Source: a virus
Taxonomy: Duplodnaviria; Caudoviricetes
Strand: one strand, 5' to 3'
DNA: 53,932 nucleotides
IMG/VR virus record: IMGVR_UViG_3300030116_005302
Span: 1 to 53,932 of that record
Under the pieces are notes generated by a model. That model was not told where the DNA came from and searched no databases. It worked only from the letters and a program-made list of their open reading frames with translations. Both the position numbers and the translations under genes were made by a program. The stretch's first letter is position 1; every line of letters begins with the position of its first letter. Below, piece after piece: positions 44,573 through 53,664 of the stretch.

Positions 44573-46234
44573 ATGTCAGCAGTACCCGAGGTACAACTGT
44601 TTGAGTGTTATCGTTGTCACATATCGCGGCCGGTAACTCTTTTTGCAGAAAACGATAAGCTATGTGCGTATTGTAAAGCAGATATATCCGAGGCTTTACC
44701 TGCTCCTGAACAGAAGGTAGAGGAAAAGGTAGAAGAAGAGAAAGACGTATCGGCACAGGATAAAGCTCGTGCAGAACTGGCTTTACGTTTCCTTACAAGA
44801 AAAAGGATGTTGCCTTTTGTAGAAAGGTTTAACCCTGATTACAATGCGGGTTGGGTGCACAAAGACGTTTGTGCCCGTTTGGAAAAATTCAGTCGTGACG
44901 TAGTTGATAAAAAGTCACCACGGCTTATGTTGTTTATGCCTCCCAGACACGGTAAGAGTACACTTGCATCAGTGGCCTTTCCCGCATGGCATCTGGGTAG
45001 GAATCCCGCCCATGAGTTTATAGGTTGTTCGTATTCCGGATCGTTGGCCATGGGCTTCAGCCGTAAAGTACGGCAGTTGCTACGTGAACCGTCGTACAAA
45101 ACAGCATTTAAAACCAGACTTGATCCGGATTCACAGTCAGCCGAAGCATGGTTAACGGTCAATGGTGGGGGTTATGTAGCCGCTGGTGTTGGCGGGGGTA
45201 TTACAGGTAAAGGGGCCCATATTCTTTTAATAGATGATCCGATTAAAAACAGGGAGGATGCAGAATCCCAGAATAACAGGAGCGCTACGTGGGACTGGTA
45301 CACATCCACCGCTTATACCCGACTGGCGCCAGGTGGCGGTATTCTTGTTATTCTTACCCGATGGCATGACGATGATCTGGCAGGTCGATTATTGAAAGCT
45401 ACCACGGAGGGGGGCGACCATTGGGAAGTTGTCCGTTACCCTGCAATCGCGGAAGAGGACGAGAAGTTTCGTGAAAAGGGGGAGCCGCTGCATACAGAGC
45501 GTTATGGGCTCGATGCACTGGACCGGATTCGTAAAGCTATCGGACCAAGGGACTGGTCTGCACTTTACCAGCAGAATCCGGTAGCGGATGATGGGGAATA
45601 CTTTACGAGGGATATGATCCAGTACTTTGAGCCTGATGATATAGACCTTGACCGTATGCGGTTCTACTGTGCGTGGGACTTGGCTATCGGGCAACGGGAC
45701 AGGAATGACTACTCGGTTGGTATAGTTGTAGGGGTGAATGAGTACGACCAGATGTTCGTTGTTGATATAGATAGGGGTAGATTTGACGGCTTCGAACTGG
45801 TAGAAAGGATACTGGATTTGTATGAATTGTGGAGACCGTCTATTATAGGCATAGAAAAAGGGCATATTGAAATGGCATTAGGCCCTTTTCTGGAGAAACG
45901 TGTAAGGGAGCGGGGGCTCCATGAAGCGTATTTTAAAGATTTAAAAACTGGCAGGCGTGATAAAGAAGCCCGAGCCAGAGCTATCCAGGGACGGATGCAA
46001 CAGGGGATGGTATATATTCCGAAAAACGAAAATTTTTCCGGACCATTAGTTGCAGAACTTTTACGATTCCCTAATGGAGTACATGACGATCAGGTAGACG
46101 CATTAGCATGGATAGGACTTATGATGACAGAATTTAATACATTTTCTGAAAGAATAGTTCAACCCCCGTCCTGGCGTGATAGACTTCAACACTTGGCTAA
46201 AGAAACCCGAACTAAATCTGCGATGAGAGCTTAA
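44573..46234 (+). CDS. terL: Terminase large subunit
   Basis: MPPRHGKS Walker A, LLIDDP Walker B, TRWHDDDL, WDLA and HDDQVDA nuclease motifs. Confidence 0.97.
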   Translation: MSAVPEVQLFECYRCHISRPVTLFAENDKLCAYCKADISEALPAPEQKVEEKVEEEKDVSAQDKARAELALRFLTRKRMLPFVERFNPDYNAGWVHKDVCARLEKFSRDVVDKKSPRLMLFMPPRHGKSTLASVAFPAWHLGRNPAHEFIGCSYSGSLAMGFSRKVRQLLREPSYKTAFKTRLDPDSQSAEAWLTVNGGGYVAAGVGGGITGKGAHILLIDDPIKNREDAESQNNRSATWDWYTSTAYTRLAPGGGILVILTRWHDDDLAGRLLKATTEGGDHWEVVRYPAIAEEDEKFREKGEPLHTERYGLDALDRIRKAIGPRDWSALYQQNPVADDGEYFTRDMIQYFEPDDIDLDRMRFYCAWDLAIGQRDRNDYSVGIVVGVNEYDQMFVVDIDRGRFDGFELVERILDLYELWRPSIIGIEKGHIEMALGPFLEKRVRERGLHEAYFKDLKTGRRDKEARARAIQGRMQQGMVYIPKNENFSGPLVAELLRFPNGVHDDQVDALAWIGLMMTEFNTFSERIVQPPSWRDRLQHLAKETRTKSAMRA

Positions 46235-46237
46235 TAT

Positions 46238-48400
46238 ATGGCAGTACTACCTAAACGAAGAAAAATTTCTGCTCAAGACGAAGAAACAATTAGCAGCCAT
46301 CAGTGGGATAGATATGTCCGAGCCCGTGACAATGGGCACGTAGACTATATTGATCTTGCTAAAAAATGTGATGCTTATTATCAAGGAGAGCAGTGGGACT
46401 CGGCCGATATAACTGCACTTGATGCAGAAGGACGTCCCGCGCTAACAATCAATACTATATTACCTACGGTAAATACTGTTCTTGGGGAGCAGGCCAGTAG
46501 ACGTGCAGATATAAGATTTAAACCTAGGCGAAAAGGTGACCAGCAAACAGCTGATACTTTGACTAAGTTGTTTATGCAGATTGCTGATAATAACAAACTG
46601 GATTGGATAGAACAGCAGGTATTTAGTGATGGTCTTATAATGGACGGCCGTGGATACTTCGATGTTCGTATAGACTTTAGTGATAACATGCAGGGTGAAG
46701 TCAGGATAACTGCTAAGGATCCGTTGGATATTATTCTTGATCCGGATGCTAAGGACTATGATCCTAAAACGTGGAACGAAGTTTTTGAAACCAAGTGGAT
46801 GACTCTTGATGAGATAGAAGAACTATATGGCAAGAAGCAGGCGGACAAGCTTGTATTTATTGCAGAAAACGGCCAGTCATTTGGCAGAGACTCAGTAGAG
46901 TATTATGAAACACGTTTCGGTGATACTGATGAGAGTGATAACTATATAGGCACTACCACTACTTCAGATGATGAATATAGAAGTATTAAAGCGCTTAGAG
47001 TAATTGAACGTCAATATAAAAAATTAACTAAAGTAGACTGTTATCTCGATCCGCAAAATGGTGACATGCGACCTATTCCTGAAAATTGGTCTGATACTAA
47101 AGCTAAAAAATTTGCAAAACAATATGGCCTGCAGATTTATTCCAAGATGAAAAAGAAGGTGCGCTGGACAGTAACATGCGACAAAGTAGTATTGTTCGAT
47201 GATTGGTCCCCATATGATGAATTTACAATCGTGCCGTTTTTTGCGTATTTCCGCAGGGGCAGACCGTTTGGCATGGTGCGTAACTTGCTGTCTCCGCAAG
47301 AACAATTGAACAAGGTTACCAGCCAGGAGCTTCATATTGTAAATACAACTGCTAACAGTGGTTGGCTGGTTGAATCAGGATCTTTAACTAGTATGCAAGT
47401 AGAAGACCTTGAAGAACATGGAGCAGAAACAGGTCTTGTTCTTGAATATAATCGGGGTTCTACACCCCCCGGTAAGATTCCACCAAACCAGATACCTACT
47501 GGTCTTGATAGAATAAGTCAGAAAGCAGCTGCAAATATAAAAGATATTAGTGGTATTAATGATTCAATGCTTGGTACTGACAGTGCTGAAGTATCAGGCG
47601 TAGCTATTCAGGCTAAACAGAATCGTGGAATTATAATGATTCAGGTTCCGTTAGATAACCTTAAGAAAACAAGACTATATTTAGCGGAGAAAGTATTAAA
47701 TCTGGTTCAGAATTATTACACGGAAGAACGAGTAATAATGATTACCAATGAAGAAGATCCTATGAAACCTAATGAGCCTATGGTTGTTAATCAAACTCTT
47801 CCGGAAGGAATTGTAGTCAATGATATTACTTTAGGTGAGTATGATGTAGTTGTTAACACTGCCCCTGCCCGTGATTCGTTTGACGAAGTACAATTTGCCG
47901 AAGCTCTTAACTTACGTACTGTTGGGGTTGCAATACCTGATGATGCAATTGTTGAGTATAGCCATCTTAACCGTAAAGAAGAACTCGCAACCCGTATACG
48001 TAGAATGACGGGACAAGAACCACCTTCGGAAGAACAAGCGCAAATGCAGCAGATACAACAACAAATGGCTATGCAGCAGCTGCAGCTTGAAATAGCTAAA
48101 CTTGAGGCCGAGGTTCAGAAACTGCAAAGTGAAGCGCAAGTTAATATGGCTAAAGCTCAGGAAAGTGCTAGTAAACCACAACTTGGCGCTGCAGAACTAC
48201 AATCTAAACTTGAAATGAAGCAGCGTGAACTTGATCTTAGAAGAGAATTAGCATCTCTAACTAATCAAACTAGACAAAATCAAGCTAGTACTCAAGCTGC
48301 ATCTAAGTTGGCTGTTACAGCTATGAATACAGCTTCTCGATCCGGTAATGTGACCCCACAAATGCCGGGCCCAGTAGATATACAAAACTTTAGAGGATAA
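46238..48400 (+). CDS. Portal protein (P22-like)
   Basis: YY.GEQW...GRPALTIN, FGMVR.L.SPQ..LNK, SGVAI..KQ and a Gln-rich C-terminal coiled coil. Confidence 0.92.
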   Translation: MAVLPKRRKISAQDEETISSHQWDRYVRARDNGHVDYIDLAKKCDAYYQGEQWDSADITALDAEGRPALTINTILPTVNTVLGEQASRRADIRFKPRRKGDQQTADTLTKLFMQIADNNKLDWIEQQVFSDGLIMDGRGYFDVRIDFSDNMQGEVRITAKDPLDIILDPDAKDYDPKTWNEVFETKWMTLDEIEELYGKKQADKLVFIAENGQSFGRDSVEYYETRFGDTDESDNYIGTTTTSDDEYRSIKALRVIERQYKKLTKVDCYLDPQNGDMRPIPENWSDTKAKKFAKQYGLQIYSKMKKKVRWTVTCDKVVLFDDWSPYDEFTIVPFFAYFRRGRPFGMVRNLLSPQEQLNKVTSQELHIVNTTANSGWLVESGSLTSMQVEDLEEHGAETGLVLEYNRGSTPPGKIPPNQIPTGLDRISQKAAANIKDISGINDSMLGTDSAEVSGVAIQAKQNRGIIMIQVPLDNLKKTRLYLAEKVLNLVQNYYTEERVIMITNEEDPMKPNEPMVVNQTLPEGIVVNDITLGEYDVVVNTAPARDSFDEVQFAEALNLRTVGVAIPDDAIVEYSHLNRKEELATRIRRMTGQEPPSEEQAQMQQIQQQMAMQQLQLEIAKLEAEVQKLQSEAQVNMAKAQESASKPQLGAAELQSKLEMKQRELDLRRELASLTNQTRQNQASTQAASKLAVTAMNTASRSGNVTPQMPGPVDIQNFRG

Positions 48401-48409
48401 GGAGTTAAT

Positions 48410-48535
48410 ATGAAACATGCTAGTGGTAAGTCTAAAAATAACATGGCTAAAGGAAAGAAATCCATGGCTATGAAAAAGAAGAAAAAAACTACAAAGGCTA
48501 AAAAGCCTAAACCAAGTAAAGGGTACGGATATTAA
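48410..48535 (+). CDS. 41-aa Lys-rich peptide (absent from the ORF track)
   Basis: AAGGAG RBS; MKHASGKSKNNMAKGKKSMAMKKKKKTTKAKKPKPSKGYGY. Confidence 0.65.
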   Translation: MKHASGKSKNNMAKGKKSMAMKKKKKTTKAKKPKPSKGYGY

Positions 48536-48550
48536 TAAAAGGAGTTATTA

Positions 48551-49618
48551 ATGGCTGAAGAAAAAAGCGAAGAAAGTGGTATTGTACTTGGGCCTAATTA
48601 CCCAGGATCTGATCCTGTGGAAAAGGCTAAGTATGAGGTTGATTTAAATTTCCCTGAAGAAATAACAGATGAAGTTCTGAATGAGGAAGAAACAACTGAG
48701 GAAGTAACAGAAGAAGCTGTTGCTGAAACCGAACAAGATGAGAACAAGACAGATGGTGACATTACGGCAGAGGAGACTACTGAAGATGCTGAAGAATCAG
48801 CAGAATCAGAAGAAACAACTGAAGAAGCAGAACCAGAACTGGAAGAGGTTGCTGAACTGGAAGAAGAAGCAGAGCCAGAACCTAAAAAACCTATGGTTCC
48901 GAAGTCTAGATTGGATGAAGTCCTTGCTAAACAAAGAAAACTTCAAGAACAATTAGATGCTTTAACTGCAGAGCGAGAAGCTTCTGAAGCCCCACCTGTA
49001 GAACCGGCACCAGAACCTTATGATTTTGATACGAAAGAGCTTGAATATCAAGAACACGTATTAAATGGGGAAACTGATAAAGCTGTAGCTCTTAGAAAAG
49101 AGATAAGAGAAGCTGAAAAAACTCAACTTGAGTTTGAAATGGGGCAAAAATTTAACCAACATACTGAACATTCCCAGCAGTTACAGGCTTTACAAACAGC
49201 AGCTATAGAAATGGAAACTCAATATCCTGTTTTTGATAAAAATTCTGAAACTTTTAATCAAGAATATACTAATGAAGTAATACAATTAAGAGATGCTTTT
49301 GTTTCTCAAGGCAATAATGTTGTTGAAGCTTTGCAAAAAGCAGTTACTTATGTGGTAAAAACAAATGATATTAAATCTACTGGGGAAGAAACTACTTTAG
49401 ATGCCCCAGCACCCAAACAAACTACAGATCAAGTAGCTAAAAAACGTAAAGAAGTGTCTAAAAAACTTAAAGCTGCCGAAACCCAACCCCCTGATATGCC
49501 TGGAGAAAGTTCTTCTGCGCATGGTGAAAAGGTAGTTGATATAGCTAACATGACTGATGAAGAATTTAACGCTTTACCAGCAGCTACTTTAAAACGATTA
49601 CGTGGAGATGTAGGGTAA
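48551..49618 (+). CDS. Capsid scaffolding protein
   Basis: Acidic N-terminus, MVPKSRLDEV coiled coil, C-terminal MTDEEFNALP..TLKRLRGD; lies between portal and capsid. Confidence 0.85.
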   Translation: MAEEKSEESGIVLGPNYPGSDPVEKAKYEVDLNFPEEITDEVLNEEETTEEVTEEAVAETEQDENKTDGDITAEETTEDAEESAESEETTEEAEPELEEVAELEEEAEPEPKKPMVPKSRLDEVLAKQRKLQEQLDALTAEREASEAPPVEPAPEPYDFDTKELEYQEHVLNGETDKAVALRKEIREAEKTQLEFEMGQKFNQHTEHSQQLQALQTAAIEMETQYPVFDKNSETFNQEYTNEVIQLRDAFVSQGNNVVEALQKAVTYVVKTNDIKSTGEETTLDAPAPKQTTDQVAKKRKEVSKKLKAAETQPPDMPGESSSAHGEKVVDIANMTDEEFNALPAATLKRLRGDVG

Positions 49619-49621
49619 AAG

Positions 49622-49650
49622 TTGCATAATTACAATTATGCGGTTATCCT
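49622..49650 (+). promoter_or_regulatory. Putative sigma70-like capsid promoter with an overlapping operator palindrome
   Basis: TTGCAT-17 nt-TATCCT, overlapped by the inverted repeat GCATAATT-ac-AATTATGC. Confidence 0.5.
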
Positions 49651-49660
49651 TTTTAAAATT

Positions 49661-49816
49661 TCGTCTGCTTAAACGATATTAAGCCGAGTCGTTAACGTAA
49701 ATAACGTATTCGCCTGGTAGGGCGTTAAATATACAGAGCCCGCAGCTCGCTAAATATGCGAAACCGTTTCCCTACGATAGTGGGTACACGGACTATACCG
49801 CTCCAAAAGTCGGTTA
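49661..49816 (+). ncRNA. Structured 5' leader of the capsid mRNA (tandem pseudoknots)
   Basis: Crossing stem pairs: TCGT/ACGA with GCTTAA/TTAAGC, and GAGC/GCTC with CGCA/TGCG, plus weaker units. Confidence 0.45.
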
Positions 49817-49853
49817 AGTATGATAAATAGTTAATTATGTAAGGAGTTTAGCA

Positions 49854-50978
49854 ATGGCTAATACTAATTTTGCATCATTGACTTCAAACCAACTTACGGC
49901 TTGGAGTCGTGATTTCTGGCGGGTGGCACGTAATATGTCATTCATCAACCAGTTCGCTGGAACTGGTTCCAACGCCATGGTGCAAAGAATTACAGATTTG
50001 ACCAAATCTGATAAAGGTACCAAGGCAGTAATAACCTTGCTCGCTGATATGACGGGTGATGGTATTACAGGGGATAACACTTTGGAAGGTAATGAAGAGT
50101 CTCTAAGAGCCTTCGATATTACCATCCAGCTTGATCAACTACGTTTTGCTAACCGTTTAGCAGGTCGTCTAGCTGACCAAAAGAGTGTTGTTAATTTTCG
50201 TGAAAATTCACGGGACGCACTAGCTTATGCTATTGCAGATCGTATTGACCAGTTAGCATTCCTAACTCTTTCCGGTGTTGCTTACACTGAAAAGACCAAT
50301 GGTGCTTCTCGAGCTACGTCTTCTACTACAGGACATGAGCTCGCTGATCTTGAATTTGCTTCAGACGTTTCAGCTCCTACTACAAATCGTCACAGACGAT
50401 GGGATGCTACAAATGGTCTAGTTGCGGGCGATACTTCAGCTGTAGTAGCAGCTGATACTTTAGCTTACAAATGTATTGTTGAAACTAAAGCTTATGCTAA
50501 AGACAACTACATTCGTGGAGTTAGAGGACCCGGTGGAGAAGAAATGTTTTATATGTTCGTTACTCCACAGCAAATGGCCGATCTGAAGCTTGACTCAGAC
50601 TTCCTAGCGAATGTTCGTCAAGCAAGCCTAAGAGGACCACAAAACCAACTGTTTTCTGGTACTTCTAGCTTGATGGTAGACGGTGTAATGATAAGCGAGT
50701 TCCGACACGTTTATAATACAGCTGGCGCTACCAGTGGTACGGACAAGTGGGGATCTGGCTCCGATGTAAACGGTGCTAGAGCATTGTTCTGTGGTGCACA
50801 AGCCCTTGCTATGGCTGATATTGGGTTGCCTGAAATAGTTGAAGAAAGCTTTGACTATGGAAACCAACAAGGTATCAGTATTGGTAAGATTTTCGGCCTC
50901 CGTAAACCTAAGTATAATAGTGATTATAACGACTCTGTAGAAGACTTCGGTGTAATTGCTGTTGATACATCATTCTAA
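49854..50978 (+). CDS. Major capsid protein (N4-gp56/DUF4043-like)
   Basis: AAGGAG RBS; LTKS.KG...ITL.....GDG..GD..LEGNEE.L, GAQALA and KP.Y.....EDFGVI..D motifs. Confidence 0.92.
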   Translation: MANTNFASLTSNQLTAWSRDFWRVARNMSFINQFAGTGSNAMVQRITDLTKSDKGTKAVITLLADMTGDGITGDNTLEGNEESLRAFDITIQLDQLRFANRLAGRLADQKSVVNFRENSRDALAYAIADRIDQLAFLTLSGVAYTEKTNGASRATSSTTGHELADLEFASDVSAPTTNRHRRWDATNGLVAGDTSAVVAADTLAYKCIVETKAYAKDNYIRGVRGPGGEEMFYMFVTPQQMADLKLDSDFLANVRQASLRGPQNQLFSGTSSLMVDGVMISEFRHVYNTAGATSGTDKWGSGSDVNGARALFCGAQALAMADIGLPEIVEESFDYGNQQGISIGKIFGLRKPKYNSDYNDSVEDFGVIAVDTSF

Positions 50979-50992
50979 GGAGGATTTAGAAA

Positions 50993-51400
50993 ATGGCTAC
51001 ATATACTTCAGGCGCTGTCGATGGAAATTCATCATTTAAGCCGTTTCCAAGTGGAACTCTTGGTGTTCGTTACGCTAAGTTTACAGCAACTACTGCAATC
51101 GCACTAAATGATGTGATTCAAATGGTAGATGTTTTTGCTGGTGAAACAGTTCACAATATTGTGCTTAAAACTGGTGATTTAGACACAGGTACTGCACTTG
51201 TGCTTGACGTTGGCGATGGTTCAGATACTGACTACTACATTGATGGATCAACGATTGGTCAGGCCGGTGGTACAGATACTCTAGATGCTAATACCGCACC
51301 GAGGACTTATACAGCTGATGACACAATTGATGTCTTGGCTCAAGTTGCCCCCGGTGGTGGTGGTACTGGAGATATTGAGATTTGGGTAACTGTATCTTAA
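50993..51400 (+). CDS. Capsid decoration/cement protein
   Basis: Beta-rich 135 aa directly after the capsid gene, with a DLD.G...LDVGD motif and an AAGGAGG RBS. Confidence 0.7.
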   Translation: MATYTSGAVDGNSSFKPFPSGTLGVRYAKFTATTAIALNDVIQMVDVFAGETVHNIVLKTGDLDTGTALVLDVGDGSDTDYYIDGSTIGQAGGTDTLDANTAPRTYTADDTIDVLAQVAPGGGGTGDIEIWVTVS

Positions 51401-51427
51401 TTTTATAAAATGTACCTCTCTCAACTA

Positions 51428-51459
51428 AATATGACCTCTTCTTCGGAGGAGGTCATATT
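51428..51459 (+). terminator. Stem-loop after the capsid genes (terminator or mRNA stabiliser)
   Basis: AATATGACCTCTTC-TTCG-GAGGAGGTCATATT, a cUUCGg loop with only a weak U tail. Confidence 0.65.
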
Positions 51460-51475
51460 AACTAAGGAGTAGTTA

Positions 51476-51877
51476 ATGAAAGTTGTAAGTACAGAAAAAG
51501 ATATGCGTGTTGCTAGTATGAAAGGACATGCTATTATTTTAAAAGCTAATGAGCCTAAAGAGATTAGAGAAGATTTAGGACTTATTGCTTTAGAACAAGG
51601 CGCAAAACTTGTTTCAGACGAACCTAAAGAAGTTATTGAAGAAGTAACTGAAGTAGCTGATGAAGAACCGGAGATAGTCATTGAATCCGCAGAATCGGAA
51701 GATGATGGGTTTGAAGAATTGGTTGCTGTAATGAAAGGACTTATTGATAAAGGTGATCCTGATGATTTTAAAGCAGATGGAACTCCTAAAGCAGCCGTTG
51801 TAAATAAACTTAGTGGCTCTACCATAACTACAGAACAGCGGGAAGCTGCATGGGAAGAGGCTCTTAACGCAGGTTGA
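51476..51877 (+). CDS. Hypothetical protein (head module)
   Basis: AAGGAG RBS; C-terminal DF.ADGTPK......L.G..IT..QR.AAW small helical domain. Confidence 0.75.
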   Translation: MKVVSTEKDMRVASMKGHAIILKANEPKEIREDLGLIALEQGAKLVSDEPKEVIEEVTEVADEEPEIVIESAESEDDGFEELVAVMKGLIDKGDPDDFKADGTPKAAVVNKLSGSTITTEQREAAWEEALNAG

Positions 51878-51885
51878 GGTAGCCG

Positions 51886-52575
51886 ATGGCTCTGACAGTT
51901 AAAAACATTCTAGATAGAGTACAAATAACTCTACAAGATACTACAAACATACGTTGGACACAGGCAGAGCTATTAAATTATCTTAATGATGCCCAACGCG
52001 AAATAGCGTTATTAAAACCTGACGCTACTTCTATCAATACAAATATCCAGTTAGCGACTGGTACTCAACAATCTTTACCAAGTGGCGGTAATAGAATTTT
52101 ACGAGTACTTCGTAATATGTCTAGTGCGGCAGGAGATGCTACAGGAGGCCGTGCTATACGCCAAGTGTCTCTAGAATCTTTGGATGCACAAGATCCTAAT
52201 TGGCATGATCCAACCGCTACTGGTTTATCTAAACATACTACTATAGTAAAACATTGGGTTTATGATGAGTCAGACCCAAAAGTATTTTATGTGTATCCCG
52301 GTGTAGCAGGTAATGCTTTTGTTGAAATAGTTTACTCAGTAGTTCCTGGAGTTCTTGATTACTCAAGTAATGGGTCTTCTACTTTAGGAGTAAATGATAT
52401 TTATGGGAGTGCCATAATGAATTACATTTTGTTTATGGCTTATATGAAGGATGCAGAAACTGCTTCTAATCAATCCAGGGCTAGTTCTCATTTAACTTTA
52501 TTTCAACAAGCCGTTAGCCTTAAAGGTGAAATGGATCAAGTTAATTCACCTTCTATTAATAAACAAGTAGGATAA
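51886..52575 (+). CDS. Head-tail adaptor (DUF6682-like)
   Basis: LQD...RWT..EL..YLNDAQREI...KPDA, FYVYP and AYMKD.E motifs. Confidence 0.8.
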   Translation: MALTVKNILDRVQITLQDTTNIRWTQAELLNYLNDAQREIALLKPDATSINTNIQLATGTQQSLPSGGNRILRVLRNMSSAAGDATGGRAIRQVSLESLDAQDPNWHDPTATGLSKHTTIVKHWVYDESDPKVFYVYPGVAGNAFVEIVYSVVPGVLDYSSNGSSTLGVNDIYGSAIMNYILFMAYMKDAETASNQSRASSHLTLFQQAVSLKGEMDQVNSPSINKQVG

Positions 52576-52577
52576 TT

Positions 52578-53264
52578 ATGGCAACTACATACGAGTCTTT
52601 AATACCAGAAATTATTCCTATAGTACCTTCTTGTCCTGATAGTCTTATACATCAGCATATCAGGTCTACAGTTATAGATTTATGCGAGCGTTCTACTATA
52701 TACCAAAAAGAACTTGATCCTATTACTACTACATCTTCTATTTACGAATATGATTTCGATGCTCCATCAGGAACTATAGTTCATAAAATAGTGTGGGCTA
52801 TATATGATGGAAATGTTTTAGAGCCTGTTACAAGTGGTTTATTAGAGCAACGCCAACGTGACTGGAGAAATACTACAGGTACTCCAGAGTATATAATTAA
52901 ACAAAACCAGGAAAATTTTTGGATTGTTCCTGTACCCTCAGTTTCTAAAACTGAAGGTTTGATTTTACGAGTAGCTTTAAAACCTACTCATACATCTACG
53001 TCTTGTGATTCGACAGTTATGTCGGATAACAGAGATGCCATAGTAAATGGCGCTTTATCAAGATTACTTCGTATCCCCTCAAAAGATTGGTCTGATCCTC
53101 AGTCAGCTTCTCTTTATTTTACTTTATATGCAGAAGCTACCGCTACTGCAGAAAAAAGAGCCCGTCTTGGAGATACAGCAGTAGCTGGTAAAGTAAACTA
53201 CGGAGGGATTCACTCTACCAGACGGAGCGTTAAAAAATATGCAGGAAGAAGAACCTTTTTCTGA
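52578..53264 (+). CDS. Second adaptor/tail tubular protein
   Basis: VP.CP...I...IR...IDLCE, VALKPT and GAL.RL..IP.K.WS motifs. Confidence 0.7.
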   Translation: MATTYESLIPEIIPIVPSCPDSLIHQHIRSTVIDLCERSTIYQKELDPITTTSSIYEYDFDAPSGTIVHKIVWAIYDGNVLEPVTSGLLEQRQRDWRNTTGTPEYIIKQNQENFWIVPVPSVSKTEGLILRVALKPTHTSTSCDSTVMSDNRDAIVNGALSRLLRIPSKDWSDPQSASLYFTLYAEATATAEKRARLGDTAVAGKVNYGGIHSTRRSVKKYAGRRTFF

Positions 53265-53664
53265 TTTAAGATTAGGAGATATTAAGAAAGAATGGGACTG
53301 GGTAAAACCCGAAATTGAAAAATTATTAATAAATACACCTCAAAATAAATATAGGCTTGAAGATGTTTATGCAGCTTGTGTATCTAAAGAAGCTTATTTA
53401 TTAATATCAAAAAGTGGTTTTGCAGTAGTAACTATTAAAGGCGATGAGTATACAGATGAAAAAATATTGTTTATCTGGATTTTATGCTCAGTTAAAGTAC
53501 ATACAAAATATGAGTTAAAATGCGGTTGGGACAAATTGGAACAATTTGCAAAAGAAGCAGGGTGCCAGATTATGGAAACAGGGTCTCCGTTACAAAAAGT
53601 AGGATCTTATTTAATGCGTACCGGCTGGTCTTTAGATAATATTGATTATAGTAAGAGAATATAA
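53239..53664 (+). CDS. GNAT-fold-like morphogenesis protein
   Basis: W.WVKP.I..L...GF.V...LFIW...LEQFAKEAGC..M...GW pattern, located before the ejection genes. Confidence 0.6.
   Translation: MQEEEPFSDLRLGDIKKEWDWVKPEIEKLLINTPQNKYRLEDVYAACVSKEAYLLISKSGFAVVTIKGDEYTDEKILFIWILCSVKVHTKYELKCGWDKLEQFAKEAGCQIMETGSPLQKVGSYLMRTGWSLDNIDYSKRI

Noticed and set aside
4164-51825. Short antisense or nested ORFs inside long genes (e.g. 26944..27381, 44301..44756, 45389..45865, 51421..51825)
   Set aside because: They are shadow frames of well-supported genes, with no RBS or recognisable motifs.
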